A stretch of 63,979 nucleotides of DNA, counting the filler, from Octopus bimaculoides (taxonomy: Eukaryota), in NCBI RefSeq assembly GCF_001194135.2. It is 7 parts of 6 records of this genome, joined end to end, with 100 filler letters (N's around TTAATTAATTAA, not from the genome) between each part and the next. Parts side by side here need not be neighbours in the genome. Positions count along the whole stretch, not along the records: positions 46,884 to 55,049 come from NC_068986.1; positions 55,150 to 59,145 come from NC_068989.1; positions 59,246 to 62,872 come from NC_069010.1; positions 62,973 to 63,979 come from NW_026302615.1; 3 more parts are not named here. The stretch is one strand, 5' to 3'. The notes under the pieces are model-generated. The model was not told the origin of the DNA and did no database searches. It saw only the letters and a list, made by a program, of their open reading frames with translations. This document shows positions 52,255-63,979 of the stretch, piece after piece. The first letter of the stretch is position 1. Each line of letters starts with the position of its first letter. Made by a program: the position numbers and the translations under genes.

Positions 52255-53603
52255 TACACTAAAGAAGGCATGGATAAACAGGATAAAGATCGTTTATGAG
52301 TCATATAGACTCATAAGGCCGGTTTCACAATTTCCCTGGAGCATATATTTTCGCCTCACATGGGGCGCCGGTCCGTCACATGGTTAATTATTTTTGTAAG
52401 GTGAGTGGACTGAGGCAACAAGGAATGAACTGTTTTGATCAAAAACACAACGCATCGCCCGGTTAAAGAAGAGAAACCACAAACTTACGATCATAATTTC
52501 AACTCGACCATTCGTGAAGGCGGCGAGCTAGAAGAAACATTAGCACACCAGGCGAAAAGCTTAGTGGTATTTCGTCCGTCTGAGTTCAAATTCTGCCGAG
52601 TTCGACTTTGCCTTTCTTTCGTGGTCGAAAAATCAAGTACCAGTTGCGTACTGGGGTCGATTTAATCGACTGCCCCCCCCCCACTAATTTTTGGGTGTTG
52701 TGCCTAGAATAGAAAAGAATCTACCATTCGTTCTATTCAAAAAGCGGGTGGAGATGTTTCAGTCATTAATGATTCATTTATCAAAATCTCTTTTTGTAAA
52801 CCAAATCTCCGTGATAAACGAGGATAGATAAATGAGGATATGATGTACATTGAAAATGTACATCATATTGTAACAGGTTCTCGTACACTGGATCCGAAGA
52901 AAGAAATTGGAGAATTGATATGGAAGAACTGTACTTCATACGTGTAACCTCCCTACTTTAAATGATTCATAGCTTTCAGCTGCTGATAATAACCCAACCC
53001 TACATGTCATAAAACTTGTCTTTGAGAAAACACTTATCGTTCAGAGAATCCGTTGGGCAGGATATGACATTGACATTATCCCAAACGAGAAAATCTTAAC
53101 GTATTTACTTGTTTATTCGTTGAACCCCTAATTTAGTGTTCCCAATTTTGTTCCCTTCATAATTTTAGCTTTGCCGCATGGATAAGTCGCACTCCAGTTT
53201 TGTTTAGTTAAAATCAAGTGTAAAGTCTTGTACACAATTAATTAGGTCCATAACACTGGATTAAATATCGACATAGCAATGCCAAATATTTAGACTATTA
53301 TGTAGAATCTAAGGGATTAATCCGACGTAACACTGAATGAAACATATAATGGCAGGTAAGAATTTTCTTTGTTATTATATGTGAACCTGATAGAATCGTT
53401 ACCGCGTAGGATAAAATGATGAGAGACTTATCCTCCTGCTCAATGTTCTGAGTTCAAATACCACCGATGTCGACCTTTCGTGTTTGCGGGGTCGGTAGAG
53501 TAATTACAGTTTGAGTACTGGTGTCGCTGTAATCAAGTGTTCCTCTCCGTTAAAACGGCTGGCCTTGCACCAACATATGAAATTATTATCGTATGTCACC
53601 CTT

Positions 53604-53890
53604 AGTGGTGGCACATGGCCTAGTAGGCAGACCAGTGGGTTAGCGGTCGAAGGATCGCGGGTTCGAATTTCAGAACGGATGATGTATGTGTTTATGATCG
53701 AAACACCTAAGCTCTACGCGGGTCCGGCAGAAGGTAATTGCGAACTTCTGCTGACTCTTTCACCACAACTTTCTCTAACTTTTTCCTCTGCATCTAGCGT
53801 CCCATCCAGATGGGGAACCTATAGGCCAATGGAACCGGGAAACCGGCCTTTATGAGCCAAGCATGGCTCGAGAAGGAACAAACAATAACA
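53604..53890 (+). mobile_element. tRNA-derived SINE (distinct family)
   Basis: A-box tggcctagtagg, B-box ggttcgaattt, ending in an (AAC)-rich tail. Confidence 0.6.
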
Positions 53891-55049
53891 ACATGTCAGC
53901 TTTAAGGTTGTTGCGAATTGACAAAATTGTCAGAGTATTGAAAAACGTGTGATCGTTCCGTCTATTCACGTTGTGAGAACAAATTCTGCCGAAGTTGACT
54001 CGGCATTTCATACTTTCGGAGTCGATGAAATAAAGCACTATTTAAGTAGCGGCGTCGATGTATCAACTAATATCCCACTCAAACGTTGGGCTGATACCTC
54101 TATCAAATAGATGAGACGATGGCAGAAGGAATACCTTTCACCATAGGTCTGCTGGATCAAATCTGACCTGGAGCTAAACAACATCGCAATGACAACAAGA
54201 AAACAAGAACAGATACATACTACCACCATATTTCTTAGTGTTCGTTTAATACAGTGAAACAGTAACCATCTAATGCTAAAAAACATACAAAATTCAATGC
54301 TACACATGTTCAATACAAGCAAACCAGTGCTCGTTTGTTCAGGAATAATTTCACAAAAATATAAGCTTGGGAAATTATATATGAAATAACAATAAACAAT
54401 AATGGTGTTCGATGTAGTACTTATAAAGCTTCTTCGTATTTGTATCGAGAAAATAACACAGGATCAATTATAAAAAAGTGGCGAAAATGCTGAAGAATGT
54501 TGGAATGTTATTGCGTTTTCTCTCACATGAAGGCAATGTGATGCGAATGTACGCACTAATTGGCGATTAGCTACGATATGAAAATGCTTCAACGAGGAAC
54601 ATGTCAGATTCCTACAGGGCATATGCAGTCACCGGTAACAAAGAAAACCTATATCGCTCGGTGTAATATTAGAAGGAGAAAGAATAAATACTTTGCAATT
54701 GGTGTTTAAAAAATGCAAATAAAAAGAAAGAAAACACAGAGTACAAAACTCTGCAACGCCAACAGCGAATAAGTTAATATCAGATGAAAATGATGATAAT
54801 CTTTTTAGAATATCGGAATTTACACTTCGTAAAACGTAAAGGAAACGGAATAAGCACAAATGCACTCGGCGGGAATACGTTTTTCTTCTAAATGCATATT
54901 TTAAAGCAACACTTAGGTTAACAAAACGTCATTTTCACTAACACAATCTGCACATAAATCTGAAATAAAAAAAAAATTTCCACAGAACAGATAATAGAAG
55001 ATAATACATTATCAAATACATACATATATTCATACATACATACATACAT

Positions 55050-55149
55050 NNNNNNNNNNNNNNNNNNNNNNNNNNNNNNNNNNNNNNNNNNNNTTAATTA
55101 ATTAANNNNNNNNNNNNNNNNNNNNNNNNNNNNNNNNNNNNNNNNNNNN
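55050..55149. other. Artificial scaffold-joining spacer
   Basis: N44-TTAATTAATTAA-N44. Confidence 0.95.
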
Positions 55150-55245
<96 letters not shown>

Positions 55246-55625
55246 AGTATGTGCGTGTGTATCTATGTTTGTGTGTCTGTGTATGTCCTCCTACCATCGC
55301 TAGACAATCTCTTTTTTTGTGTTTACGTCCTCGTGACCCAGCGGTTCGGCAAAGTGACCGATAGAATAAGTACTAGACATACAAAGAATAAGTTCTGAGG
55401 TCGATTTGCTCAAGTAAAGGCGGTGACCCAGCATGGCCGCAGTCAGTAGAATGCGTTTGACCAACATTGGAACTACGAGCTTTAACAGCACCCACCCTAC
55501 CTCTCCTTTGCAGAAAGAGTATCAACACAACTTCGACTAAAGTGTAAGACTAACTTCACCTAACTCTATTCTTATACCAATATATGCATTACTATATCCC
55601 CTAACCGTTGCTCCTGCATCTCTCA

Positions 55626-55677
55626 CATCATGAAGAGACCTGCCAATCAAATTGGCACATCGAAACGATCGTCAATG
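55626..55677 (+). ncRNA. Hammerhead-like motif, slightly degenerate
   Basis: CAUC AUGAAGA GA..UGCCAAU-CAA-AUUGGCA..UC GAAA CGAUCG UC AAUG; palindrome ACGAUCGU; GUC triplet; C3 substituted. Confidence 0.5.
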
Positions 55678-56726
55678 AATCATTATAAAATCTCCACATA
55701 ATTAAATCAATGGTTAACTAGCCCAATTGACCTGCTTCTTGTGTTTGTTTCTCCATTCTCCTCTTGATTATATATATATATATATATATAAGTCAGTAAA
55801 TAGTGGGGTTGTGTTAACCGCACGTGGAGAAATAATAGGAAAATGAAAAAAAGCCAGAATGCTGAACTGGAAGCATAATTTAATAAAGATTTTTTCTAAC
55901 CGGTTTTCATTGCGATGAAGCAAATTATCAAGAAGAAGGAGAATGAAAATGTTTTTTTACAAAGGAGTACAAAAAAGTACAAAATTAAGAAAATAATATA
56001 TAAAACAATAATATATAAAAAAATAAATATACCCATACATTATATTGTCTTTGAGCTTTTGNNNNNNNNNNNNNNNNNNNNNNNNNNNNNNNNNNNNNNN
56101 NNNNNNNNNNNNNNNNNNNNNNNNNNNNNNNNNNNNNNNNNNNNNNNNNNNNNNNNNNNNNNNNNNNNNNNNNNNNNNNNNNNNNNNNNNNNNNNNNNNN
56201 NNNNNNNNNNNNNNNNNNNNNNNNNNNNNNNNNNNNNNNNNNNNNNNNNNNNNNNNNNNNNNNNNNNNNNNNNNNNNNNNNNNNNNNNNNNNNNNNNNNN
56301 NNNNNNNNNNNNNNNNNNNNNNNNNNNNNNNNNNNNNNNNNNNNNNNNNNNNNNNNNNNNNNNNNNNNNNNNNNNNNNNNNNNNNNNNNNNNNNNNNNNN
56401 NNNNNNNNNNNNNNNNNNNNNNNNNNNNNNNNNNNNNNNNNNNNNNNNNNNNNNNNNNNNNNNNNNNNNNNNNNNNNNNNNNNNNNNNNNNNNNNNNNNN
56501 NNNNNNNNNNNNNNNNNNNNNNNNNNNNNNNNNNNNNNNNNNNNNNNNNNNNNNNNNNNNNNNNNNNNNNNNNNNNNNNNNNNNNNNNNNNNNNNNNNNN
56601 NNNNNNNNNNNNNNNNNNNNNNNNNNNNNNNNNNNNNNNNNNNNNNNNNNNNNNNNNNNNNNNNNNNNNNNNNNNNNNNNNNNNNNNNNNNNNNNNNNNN
56701 NNNNNNNNNNNNNNNNNNNNNNNNNN

Positions 56727-56761
<35 letters not shown>

Positions 56762-57396
56762 TTTGTACGACACTGTTATTTTTTCATTCCTTCTTTCTTT
56801 CTATCAGCCCCATCACACTTCGTTCTTTCCACTCTTTCTTTCGTTTCCCTCACGCACATTTCCTGGCTTACTCTTCATTCTCACCTTCCGTCTCATTCAC
56901 TTCACTCTGTCCCTTTTCTTTTTTCCTGTTCCTTCCTATACTTCTATACCTCTGCCTCTACCTCTCTCCTGTCTCTCTCCACGTGACCAGTATTCTGAAT
57001 TTTCTTTCTTCGTTCGACTACCATCCATGCAATATCTATATTTCCTCCCCCTGCCTGTCATCTCGTATGTCTCTACTGTAAGGCTTCACTTCCACACACG
57101 CCAGCTTAATATAATTTGTCCTTAGTTGAAAGACACCTGTTGTTAATGTCCTGTTACTTGCATTTGTATTTGTGTACCATTTTTTCGGTTTTTCCCGTCC
57201 TTGTTTACGTATACATTCACTGCTTTCTCCCAAGCAATCCAGTGATCTTAGCTTAGATTTTTCTTGGAGCTGGCCAGATTGGAGCAATCTCGAGTGTAAC
57301 CAGCCGAAATTGCAAGGTTAACCTGAAACTCGGCCGAGGAAAGAAAACTCCAAATGACCCGTCCTTGTTTTTTCTTGTTCCTTTTTCGTATTCCAT

Positions 57397-57433
<37 letters not shown>

Positions 57434-57698
57434 GCGCACACACACACATACACACATATACACACACATATATATAGAGAGAGAGAGAGAGAAAAAAAGA
57501 GATAGATAGATAGATAGATAGATAGATACATATATATATATTTATATACATATATATATATTTGTATATCAAGAGAGAGAGAGAGAGAAAGAGACAGAGA
57601 GATTGATAGACAGATACATACATACATGCATACATACATACATACATACATACATACATACATAGAGAGAGAGAGAGACAGACAGAATGAGAGAGAGG

Positions 57699-57740
<42 letters not shown>

Positions 57741-57907
57741 ATTTGAAAATGAACTAGGATACGTTAAAATTTTTTACTTTAAAATGTTTAGAGACTTAAC
57801 CGGTGTCACAGGTTTGTCTGATTTTCAAAGGTTGAACGAGAAAGACGTGAGGCTATGCTGTAGCTGTCACGCATCTAATTGCAAATATCTTTATTTATGT
57901 ATGTATG

Positions 57908-57946
<39 letters not shown>

Positions 57947-58627
57947 GAATGTATGTATATGTGTATATACATATTATGCATACGTATATGCCCCTGTGTG
58001 TTTTGTATGTTGCATATAATATATATATATATATATAGGGAGAGAGAGATAAATATATATGCATACATAAATATGCGCGCGTGTGTGTGTATGTGTGGGT
58101 GTATGTGTTTGTAATGGGGGTGGGCAGTGAATAGACACGAGGGAGTAATAGCTATATTATATCTTATGAACATATTTGAGCTGAAAACGAAACAGATAGA
58201 AAACATAAATATGAATGAATATATCCGGGAGAAATAGTTCTATATATTATAACAAATATCAGGTATTTTATAAATTGAAAATATTCGTTTCTACTCTAGG
58301 CACAAAGGCTGAAATTTTTGGGGACAAGGACAGTCGATTAGATCGACCCCAGTATGCAACACGTACTTAATTTATCGACCTCGAAAGGATGAAAGGTGAG
58401 CGACCTTGGCGGAATTTGAATTCCGAACAAAAAGACAGACGAAAAAGCGTGAAGCAGTTCGCTCGGCGTGCTAACGATCCGGCCAGTTCGGCGCCTTGAG
58501 AATATTGTGTATACTGACTAAAATGAATTAATACTAAAGTAAAACTAGATACATTTATAAATTTCTTTGCAAAATTGTTGATGAGAATTCGTGTATTGAA
58601 ACAGATTTATACTTGGAGATGTTTACC

Positions 58628-58699
<72 letters not shown>

Positions 58700-58711
58700 A
58701 TCATTATTATT

Positions 58712-59145
58712 ATTGTTCAGTAGTTTTATTTTTATAACGTACTTTCACTTCACTACCGAGCGCAACTCTGTGTGCGTTGAGTATGTGCTGTGGTTTGCTG
58801 TGATGCTCTTATGGTTACTGTATTGAAAGTGTTTTGCGTAGGATGTGTGCAGTGCCCAGTAGTGCAATTTTCTGTATGTTATATATATTTGTAAGTCCTG
58901 GTGTTTTTGTTATGTATTTGTCTGAATATTTTTTTATTATACCTAAGGCACCTACTATAATAGGAATTGTTTCTGTTTTTAGATTCCACATTCGAGTTAC
59001 CTCTATTTCCAGGTCTTTGTATTTTGAAAGTTTTTCCATTTCTTCTAGGGAAGCGTTGTCATCTGCTGGTATTGATACATCAATTAGAAAGCATTTTTCT
59101 TCTTCATGTTCTTTGACAACTATATCTGGCCTATTGGCCTTAATT
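58712..59145 (-). mobile_element. R4/Dong-like (REL-endonuclease) non-LTR retrotransposon 3' end
   Basis: EKLSKYKDLEIEVTRMW...PIIVGALG...IQKIALLGTAHILRK; a short 3' UTR runs into an (AAT)n array at about 58630-58712. Confidence 0.8.
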
Positions 59146-59245
59146 NNNNNNNNNNNNNNNNNNNNNNNNNNNNNNNNNNNNNNNNNNNNTTAATTAATTA
59201 ANNNNNNNNNNNNNNNNNNNNNNNNNNNNNNNNNNNNNNNNNNNN
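59146..59245. other. Artificial scaffold-joining spacer
   Basis: N44-TTAATTAATTAA-N44; truncates an R4/Dong-like ORF. Confidence 0.95.
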
Positions 59246-60969
59246 TATATATATATATATATATATGTAGGTGTGTGTATATGTTTGCGTGTCTGTGCAG
59301 CCTTCTTGCAAATCGTCCAACCCATGCTAGCATGGAAAGCGGACGTTAAACGATGATGATGATGATGATAATGATCTAAGGTGTTTTATAAAAATACTAA
59401 ATTTACCCTAGTATTTCACTGTTACTTTATTTTAGCAACTCCAAAAGGACGAAAGGTAAAGTTAGCCTTAGTTTTCTATTATAATTCTATGAACATCTGC
59501 GATGTTTTACAGGCATATTCAGGATTTCAATGGTACTTCATTTGGCAGTGGCTGTGTGGTAAGTTGCTTGCTTACCAACCACATGGTTCTGGGTGGAGTC
59601 CCACTGCGTGACACCTTGGGCAAGTGTCTTCTACTATAGCCTCGGGCTGACCAAAGCCTTGTGAGTGGATTTGGTAGACGCAAACTGAAAGAAGCCCATC
59701 GTATATATATGTATATATATACATATATATATATATATTTATATATATATATANNNNNNNNNNNNNNNNNNNNNNNNNNNNNNNNNNNNNNNNNNNNNNN
59801 NNNNNNNNNNNNNNNNNNNNNNNNNNNNNNNNNNNNNNNNNNNNNNNNNNNNNNNNNNNNNNNNNNNNNNNNNNNNNNNNNNNNNNNNNNNNNNNNNNNN
59901 NNNNNNNNNNNNNNNNNNNNNNNNNNNNNNNNNNNNNNNNNNNNNNNNNNNNNNNNNNNNNNNNNNNNNNNNNNNNNNNNNNNNNNNNNNNNNNNNNNNN
60001 NNNNNNNNNNNNTACTAGGCTTCCAAAGAATAAGTCCTGGGGGGTCGATTTGCTCGACTATAAAGGCGGTGCTCCAGCATGGCCGCAGTCAAATGACTGA
60101 AACAAGTAAAAGAGTAAAAGAGTAAGTCACTAATACTTTATTTTATCAACCCTAGAAGGATGAACAGTAAAGTCTATCTGTCATCATCATCATCATCATC
60201 ATCATCGTCTAACGTCCGCTTTCCATGCTAGCATGGGTTGGACGATTTGACTGAGGACTGGTGAAGCCAGATGGCAACACCAGGCTCCAATATACATTGG
60301 GCTTTTTCTGTTTTCTCTTACTGAATCCATTCTCAAGGCTTTGATTAGTCTGAGGCTAAAGTAAAAAAAAAAACTCTTGTCCAAAATGCCACACAGAGGG
60401 ACTGAACCTGAAACCATGTAGTCGGGGAGCAAACTTCTTACCACTTAGTCACGCCTGATACAAAATGGACACAGCATTGGAATGTTTCACAGCTGGAATA
60501 TTTGTGTGTGATGGGAAGTGGTCTGTGGTCACTCACGCATGACCAAGTGTTAAATAATATCAGCAACCACAAATGCATGTGTGCAGCAGCTGTTCTCTTA
60601 TTTCTTTTCGTTGACCTGTTATCTTTTATTTGTTTTGGTTACATTTTATCATCATCTTTTCTCCATTTTTAACAAATTTGTTTGAGTTTAATGGGATTCC
60701 CTTCCATAAATTCACAGCACACCTTATACAATTATTATTTTCATATTTGCAAACTTACGCCAGTAAGCTACCAGCAAAATATGAAGAAGCTATATTAGAA
60801 ATGTGATGGTTTGTTGCCGACTTAATGTGGTAGTCCCAAGAAAGGGGAGAATGCTACTGCTATTTAGCCCCAGGAAATGGATTTTTCTGTTGGCTACATG
60901 ACACAAGCGTTCTGTATCCTTAAGTTTTCACACAGGGGAGATAAGTACCTCAACCCACCGAAGGCAGCA

Positions 60970-61012
60970 TCCAGAGACTAGTTTCAGACTCATTGCTCCT
61001 CATCAGTCTGGA
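60970..61012 (-). ncRNA. Minimal type I hammerhead ribozyme, tandem copy 1
   Basis: Stem I UCCAGA/UCUGGA; CUGAUGA; short stem II GGA/UCU; GAAA; palindrome ACUAGU; GUC triplet. Confidence 0.7.
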
Positions 61013-61297
61013 GTAGCTTGTCCTTTGAAAACTTATAGAATTTCAAGTGAAATAAATTCACTGATCTACAAAATTAGAAATATTACATTTCTAAATTTCT
61101 CAGAGAGACTTATACAGTAGCAGCACAATAAAGTGATGGTTTGTTGCCAACTTAATGTGGCAGTCCCAGGAAAAGGAGGAATGCTACTGCTATTTAGCCC
61201 CAAGAAACACTGTTTCCAGTTGGCTATGTGACACAAGCATTCTGTGTCCTTAAGTTTTCAATCGAGAGATAAGCACCTCCACTAGGCAAAGCCAGCA

Positions 61298-61340
61298 TCC
61301 ATAAACTAGTTTCAGACTCATTACTCTTCATCAGTCTGGA
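61298..61340 (-). ncRNA. Minimal type I hammerhead ribozyme, tandem copy 2
   Basis: UCCAGA CUGAUGA AGA-GUAAUGAG-UCU GAAA CUAG UU UAUGGA; one stem I mismatch; GUU triplet. Confidence 0.6.
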
Positions 61341-61941
61341 GTATCTTGGCTTGCTAGCTGTCAATGCTGGTTATGGCATATTCTTTTTAAGATTATAAAG
61401 TACAGTAAAGTACAGTATAAAGCTTGTCCACCTTCAGATTTCCCCCTGTACTATGCAGTAGTAGTATTGTATGTACTTCCTGGGATATGTTTAGGTTTCT
61501 GATGTGTCTGAATATATCTCATAATGTAGGGTAACTGTTGCATTGTCAAGTACCTGCCTGCCTGGAGAACTATGTTGCTTAGAAACCATTGTAGTGATTG
61601 AAAAAAAACGTCTAACCATAATCTCTCTAGTTGACTCCAATTTTATGAATTATATATATGTGTATAGACACAAACACACACACACATATATGTACATACA
61701 TATGTATGTATGTATGCTCACTCACATATACATAAATATATATCCAAATATACACTCTCAAATATAAATGACTGAGTTTCCCCCCTCTCACACACACATA
61801 CAGATACACACACATACAGATACACGTACATAAATTACCATGAAATACACTATTATGCATACATACACATATACATTCATTATCATGCACACAGATCCAT
61901 ACACATACACACATAAATAAGTATATATATATATATATAGA

Positions 61942-62156
61942 CTAGTAGGTAAAGGTGAGTGTATATGAACTGGGTGAGGAGAACATTCTAAACTTCCCTG
62001 TCCAGGTTTCAAGCCTTGTCAGGATGAGGGAAGGAGGAGAGAATCTTTTTATTTTTTTTTGTTCATTTATGCAAAAATATATTTCCTAGATAGAGATTGA
62101 AACCTCTACCTTCAAACAAGGTTAGTAGTTAAATTAATAGCACCTTTACCTACTAG
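61942..62156. mobile_element. 215-bp element with 16-bp inverted ends; a second copy starts at 62288
   Basis: CTAGTAGGTAAAGGTG / CACCTTTACCTACTAG; the second copy is interrupted near 62497 by (TA)n and an RTE tail. Confidence 0.55.
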
Positions 62157-62534
62157 GCCATCAAACAAACACCTAAAAAAAACTGATCAAAAATGATATA
62201 TTTAAATCTATTTTTATTATTGATTAGACACTATTATAGATTTAAGTATCTCATTTTTGACGGCAATTTGTGCGGGGACTCGGTAGACTAGTAGGTAAAG
62301 GTAAGTGTAGATGAACTGGGTATGGGGAACATTCTGAACTGTCCTGTCCAGGGTTCAAACCTGCTTAGGATGAGGGACGAAGGTGAGAATCTTTATTTAT
62401 TTAATTTTTCTTTGCATTTATTCAACAATATTAAAATATATATTTCTAGATAGAGATTGAAACCTCTATCTTCATACAAGGTTATTAGTTAAATTATATA
62501 TATATGTATATATATATATATATATATATGTAGG

Positions 62535-62831
62535 ATTTTTGAGCGAGATCGTTGCCAGTGCCCCTAGACTGGCTTTTGTGCAGGTGGCACATAAAATACA
62601 CCATCTTGAGCGTGGCCGTTGCCAGTACCGCCTGACTGGCCTTCGTGCGGGTGACACGTAAAAGCACCCACTACACCCTCTCCGTAGTTGGCGTTAGGAA
62701 GGGCATCCAGCCGTAGAAACTCTGCCAAATCAGACTGGAGCCTCGTGTGGCCATCTGGTTTCACCAGTTCTCAGTCAAATCGTCCAACCCATGCTAGCAT
62801 GGAAAGCGGACGTTAAACGATGATGATGATG

Positions 62832-62832
<1 letters not shown>
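62535..62832 (+). mobile_element. 5'-truncated RTE 3' UTR copy with (GAT)n tail
   Basis: Begins gagatcgttgccagt, the sequence that follows the RTE stop codon at about 16500. Near-identical copies at about 12746-12950, 27340-27625, 18090-18205 and 60180-60295 (-), and 59300-59370 (+). Confidence 0.8.
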
Positions 62833-62872
<40 letters not shown>

Positions 62873-62972
62873 NNNNNNNNNNNNNNNNNNNNNNNNNNNN
62901 NNNNNNNNNNNNNNNNTTAATTAATTAANNNNNNNNNNNNNNNNNNNNNNNNNNNNNNNNNNNNNNNNNNNN
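62873..62972. other. Artificial scaffold-joining spacer
   Basis: N44-TTAATTAATTAA-N44. Confidence 0.95.
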
Positions 62973-63139
62973 AATGATATTAACAATAATAATAATAACA
63001 ACAACAACAACAATAATAATAATGATAACATTAACAACACCAACAATTATAATAATGATAATAATAATAATAATAATAACAACGACGACGACAACGACGA
63101 CGATGATGATGTTGATGATGATGATGATGATGACGATGG

Positions 63140-63170
<31 letters not shown>

Positions 63171-63800
63171 AGTGATGATGATGGTGATGATGGTGATGAT
63201 GATGATGGTGATGATGATGGCGATAATGATGATGATGATGACGGCACCGTGGATGGCAACATCGACAACGATGGTGATAATGATGATGACGATGATGATG
63301 ACGATAATGATGATGACGATGACAATGATGACGATGATGATAACGATGATGACGATGATGATGATGATGGTGATGATGATGATGATGACGATGATGTTGA
63401 TGATGGTGATGGCGACGATGGCATCAGCAATAACGACCACAGCCACAACAAGAGATGCTCCGAAAACGGCGTTAACGACATCGAAAACGATTCCGATGAG
63501 GACAACAATGACGGTAAAGAAAACAACAACAAACAACAATAACAAAACGGAACAATAAATACGGCAATCGTAAGAGTATCAATAACGGCGCGAATAACAA
63601 CGACAACAACCACAACAGCAACAAAAGCTATATGAAGAACAACGACAACGATTTTGAAAGCAACACCCACAAAAACTGACAACAACAACAACAACAATAT
63701 TAATAATAAAAAGAAGAGGGGGAAGAAGAAGAAGAAGAACAATAATGACGATGATGATAATAATAATAATAATAATAATGATAATAATAATAATAATAAC

Positions 63801-63863
<63 letters not shown>

Positions 63864-63979
63864 AGGAAGAAAAAGAAGACCTATAATGATAATAATAATA
63901 ATAATAATAATAATAATAGTAATAATGACAATAATATTAATAATAAGAAGAAGAAAAAGAAGAAGAAGAAGAAGAAGAA
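62973..63979. repeat. Compound trinucleotide microsatellite field (AAT, AAC, GAT, GAC, GAA)
   Basis: Uninterrupted mosaic of trinucleotide repeats; the ORFs here are homopolymeric. Confidence 0.9.

Noticed and set aside
57225-57350. GAAA followed by the palindrome CUCGGCCGAG
   Set aside because: No recognisable CUGANGA core or NUH site in register.
671-60125. Long ORFs made of X runs, and (CV)n, (HT)n, (YI)n ORFs
   Set aside because: Artefacts of N gaps and dinucleotide microsatellites, which lack stop codons.
62925-63742. Poly-Asp, poly-Met, poly-Ile and poly-Ser ORFs, e.g. a possible acidic biomineral protein
   Set aside because: All frames come from a compound trinucleotide microsatellite with no splice or signal-peptide context.

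Overview
AT-rich animal genomic DNA dense in microsatellites and gaps. The repeat content suggests a cephalopod, probably Octopus; this is inference and was not checked. The window is not contiguous: six identical 100-nt spacers (N44-TTAATTAATTAA-N44) join seven separate pieces (1-7343, 7444-31563, 31664-46783, 46884-55049, 55150-59145, 59246-62872, 62973-63979). Two partial spliced genes are well supported, both on the minus strand. One is the 3' half of a ZXD-family (ZXDC-like) C2H2 zinc-finger gene, with 6 phase-consistent exons at 30100-21279. The other is an unrecognised gene with a 1.7-kb low-complexity exon rich in tyrosine motifs plus three small exons at 46243-33791. The rest is tRNA-derived SINEs, RTE, R4/Dong-like and Tc1 fragments, MITEs and simple repeats. 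The most notable signal is a set of about ten minimal type I hammerhead-ribozyme-like motifs from several unrelated sequence families. All but the 8464-8507 copy (mispaired) and the 47454-47488 copy (mutated) have a palindromic stem III. One at 15976-16067 has a fully canonical core, and a tandem pair 328 nt apart at 60970-61340 resembles a retrozyme or Penelope terminal repeat. Hammerheads of this class are known in animal Penelope-like elements and retrozymes. Whether these particular families are described could not be checked, and folds were assigned by eye.
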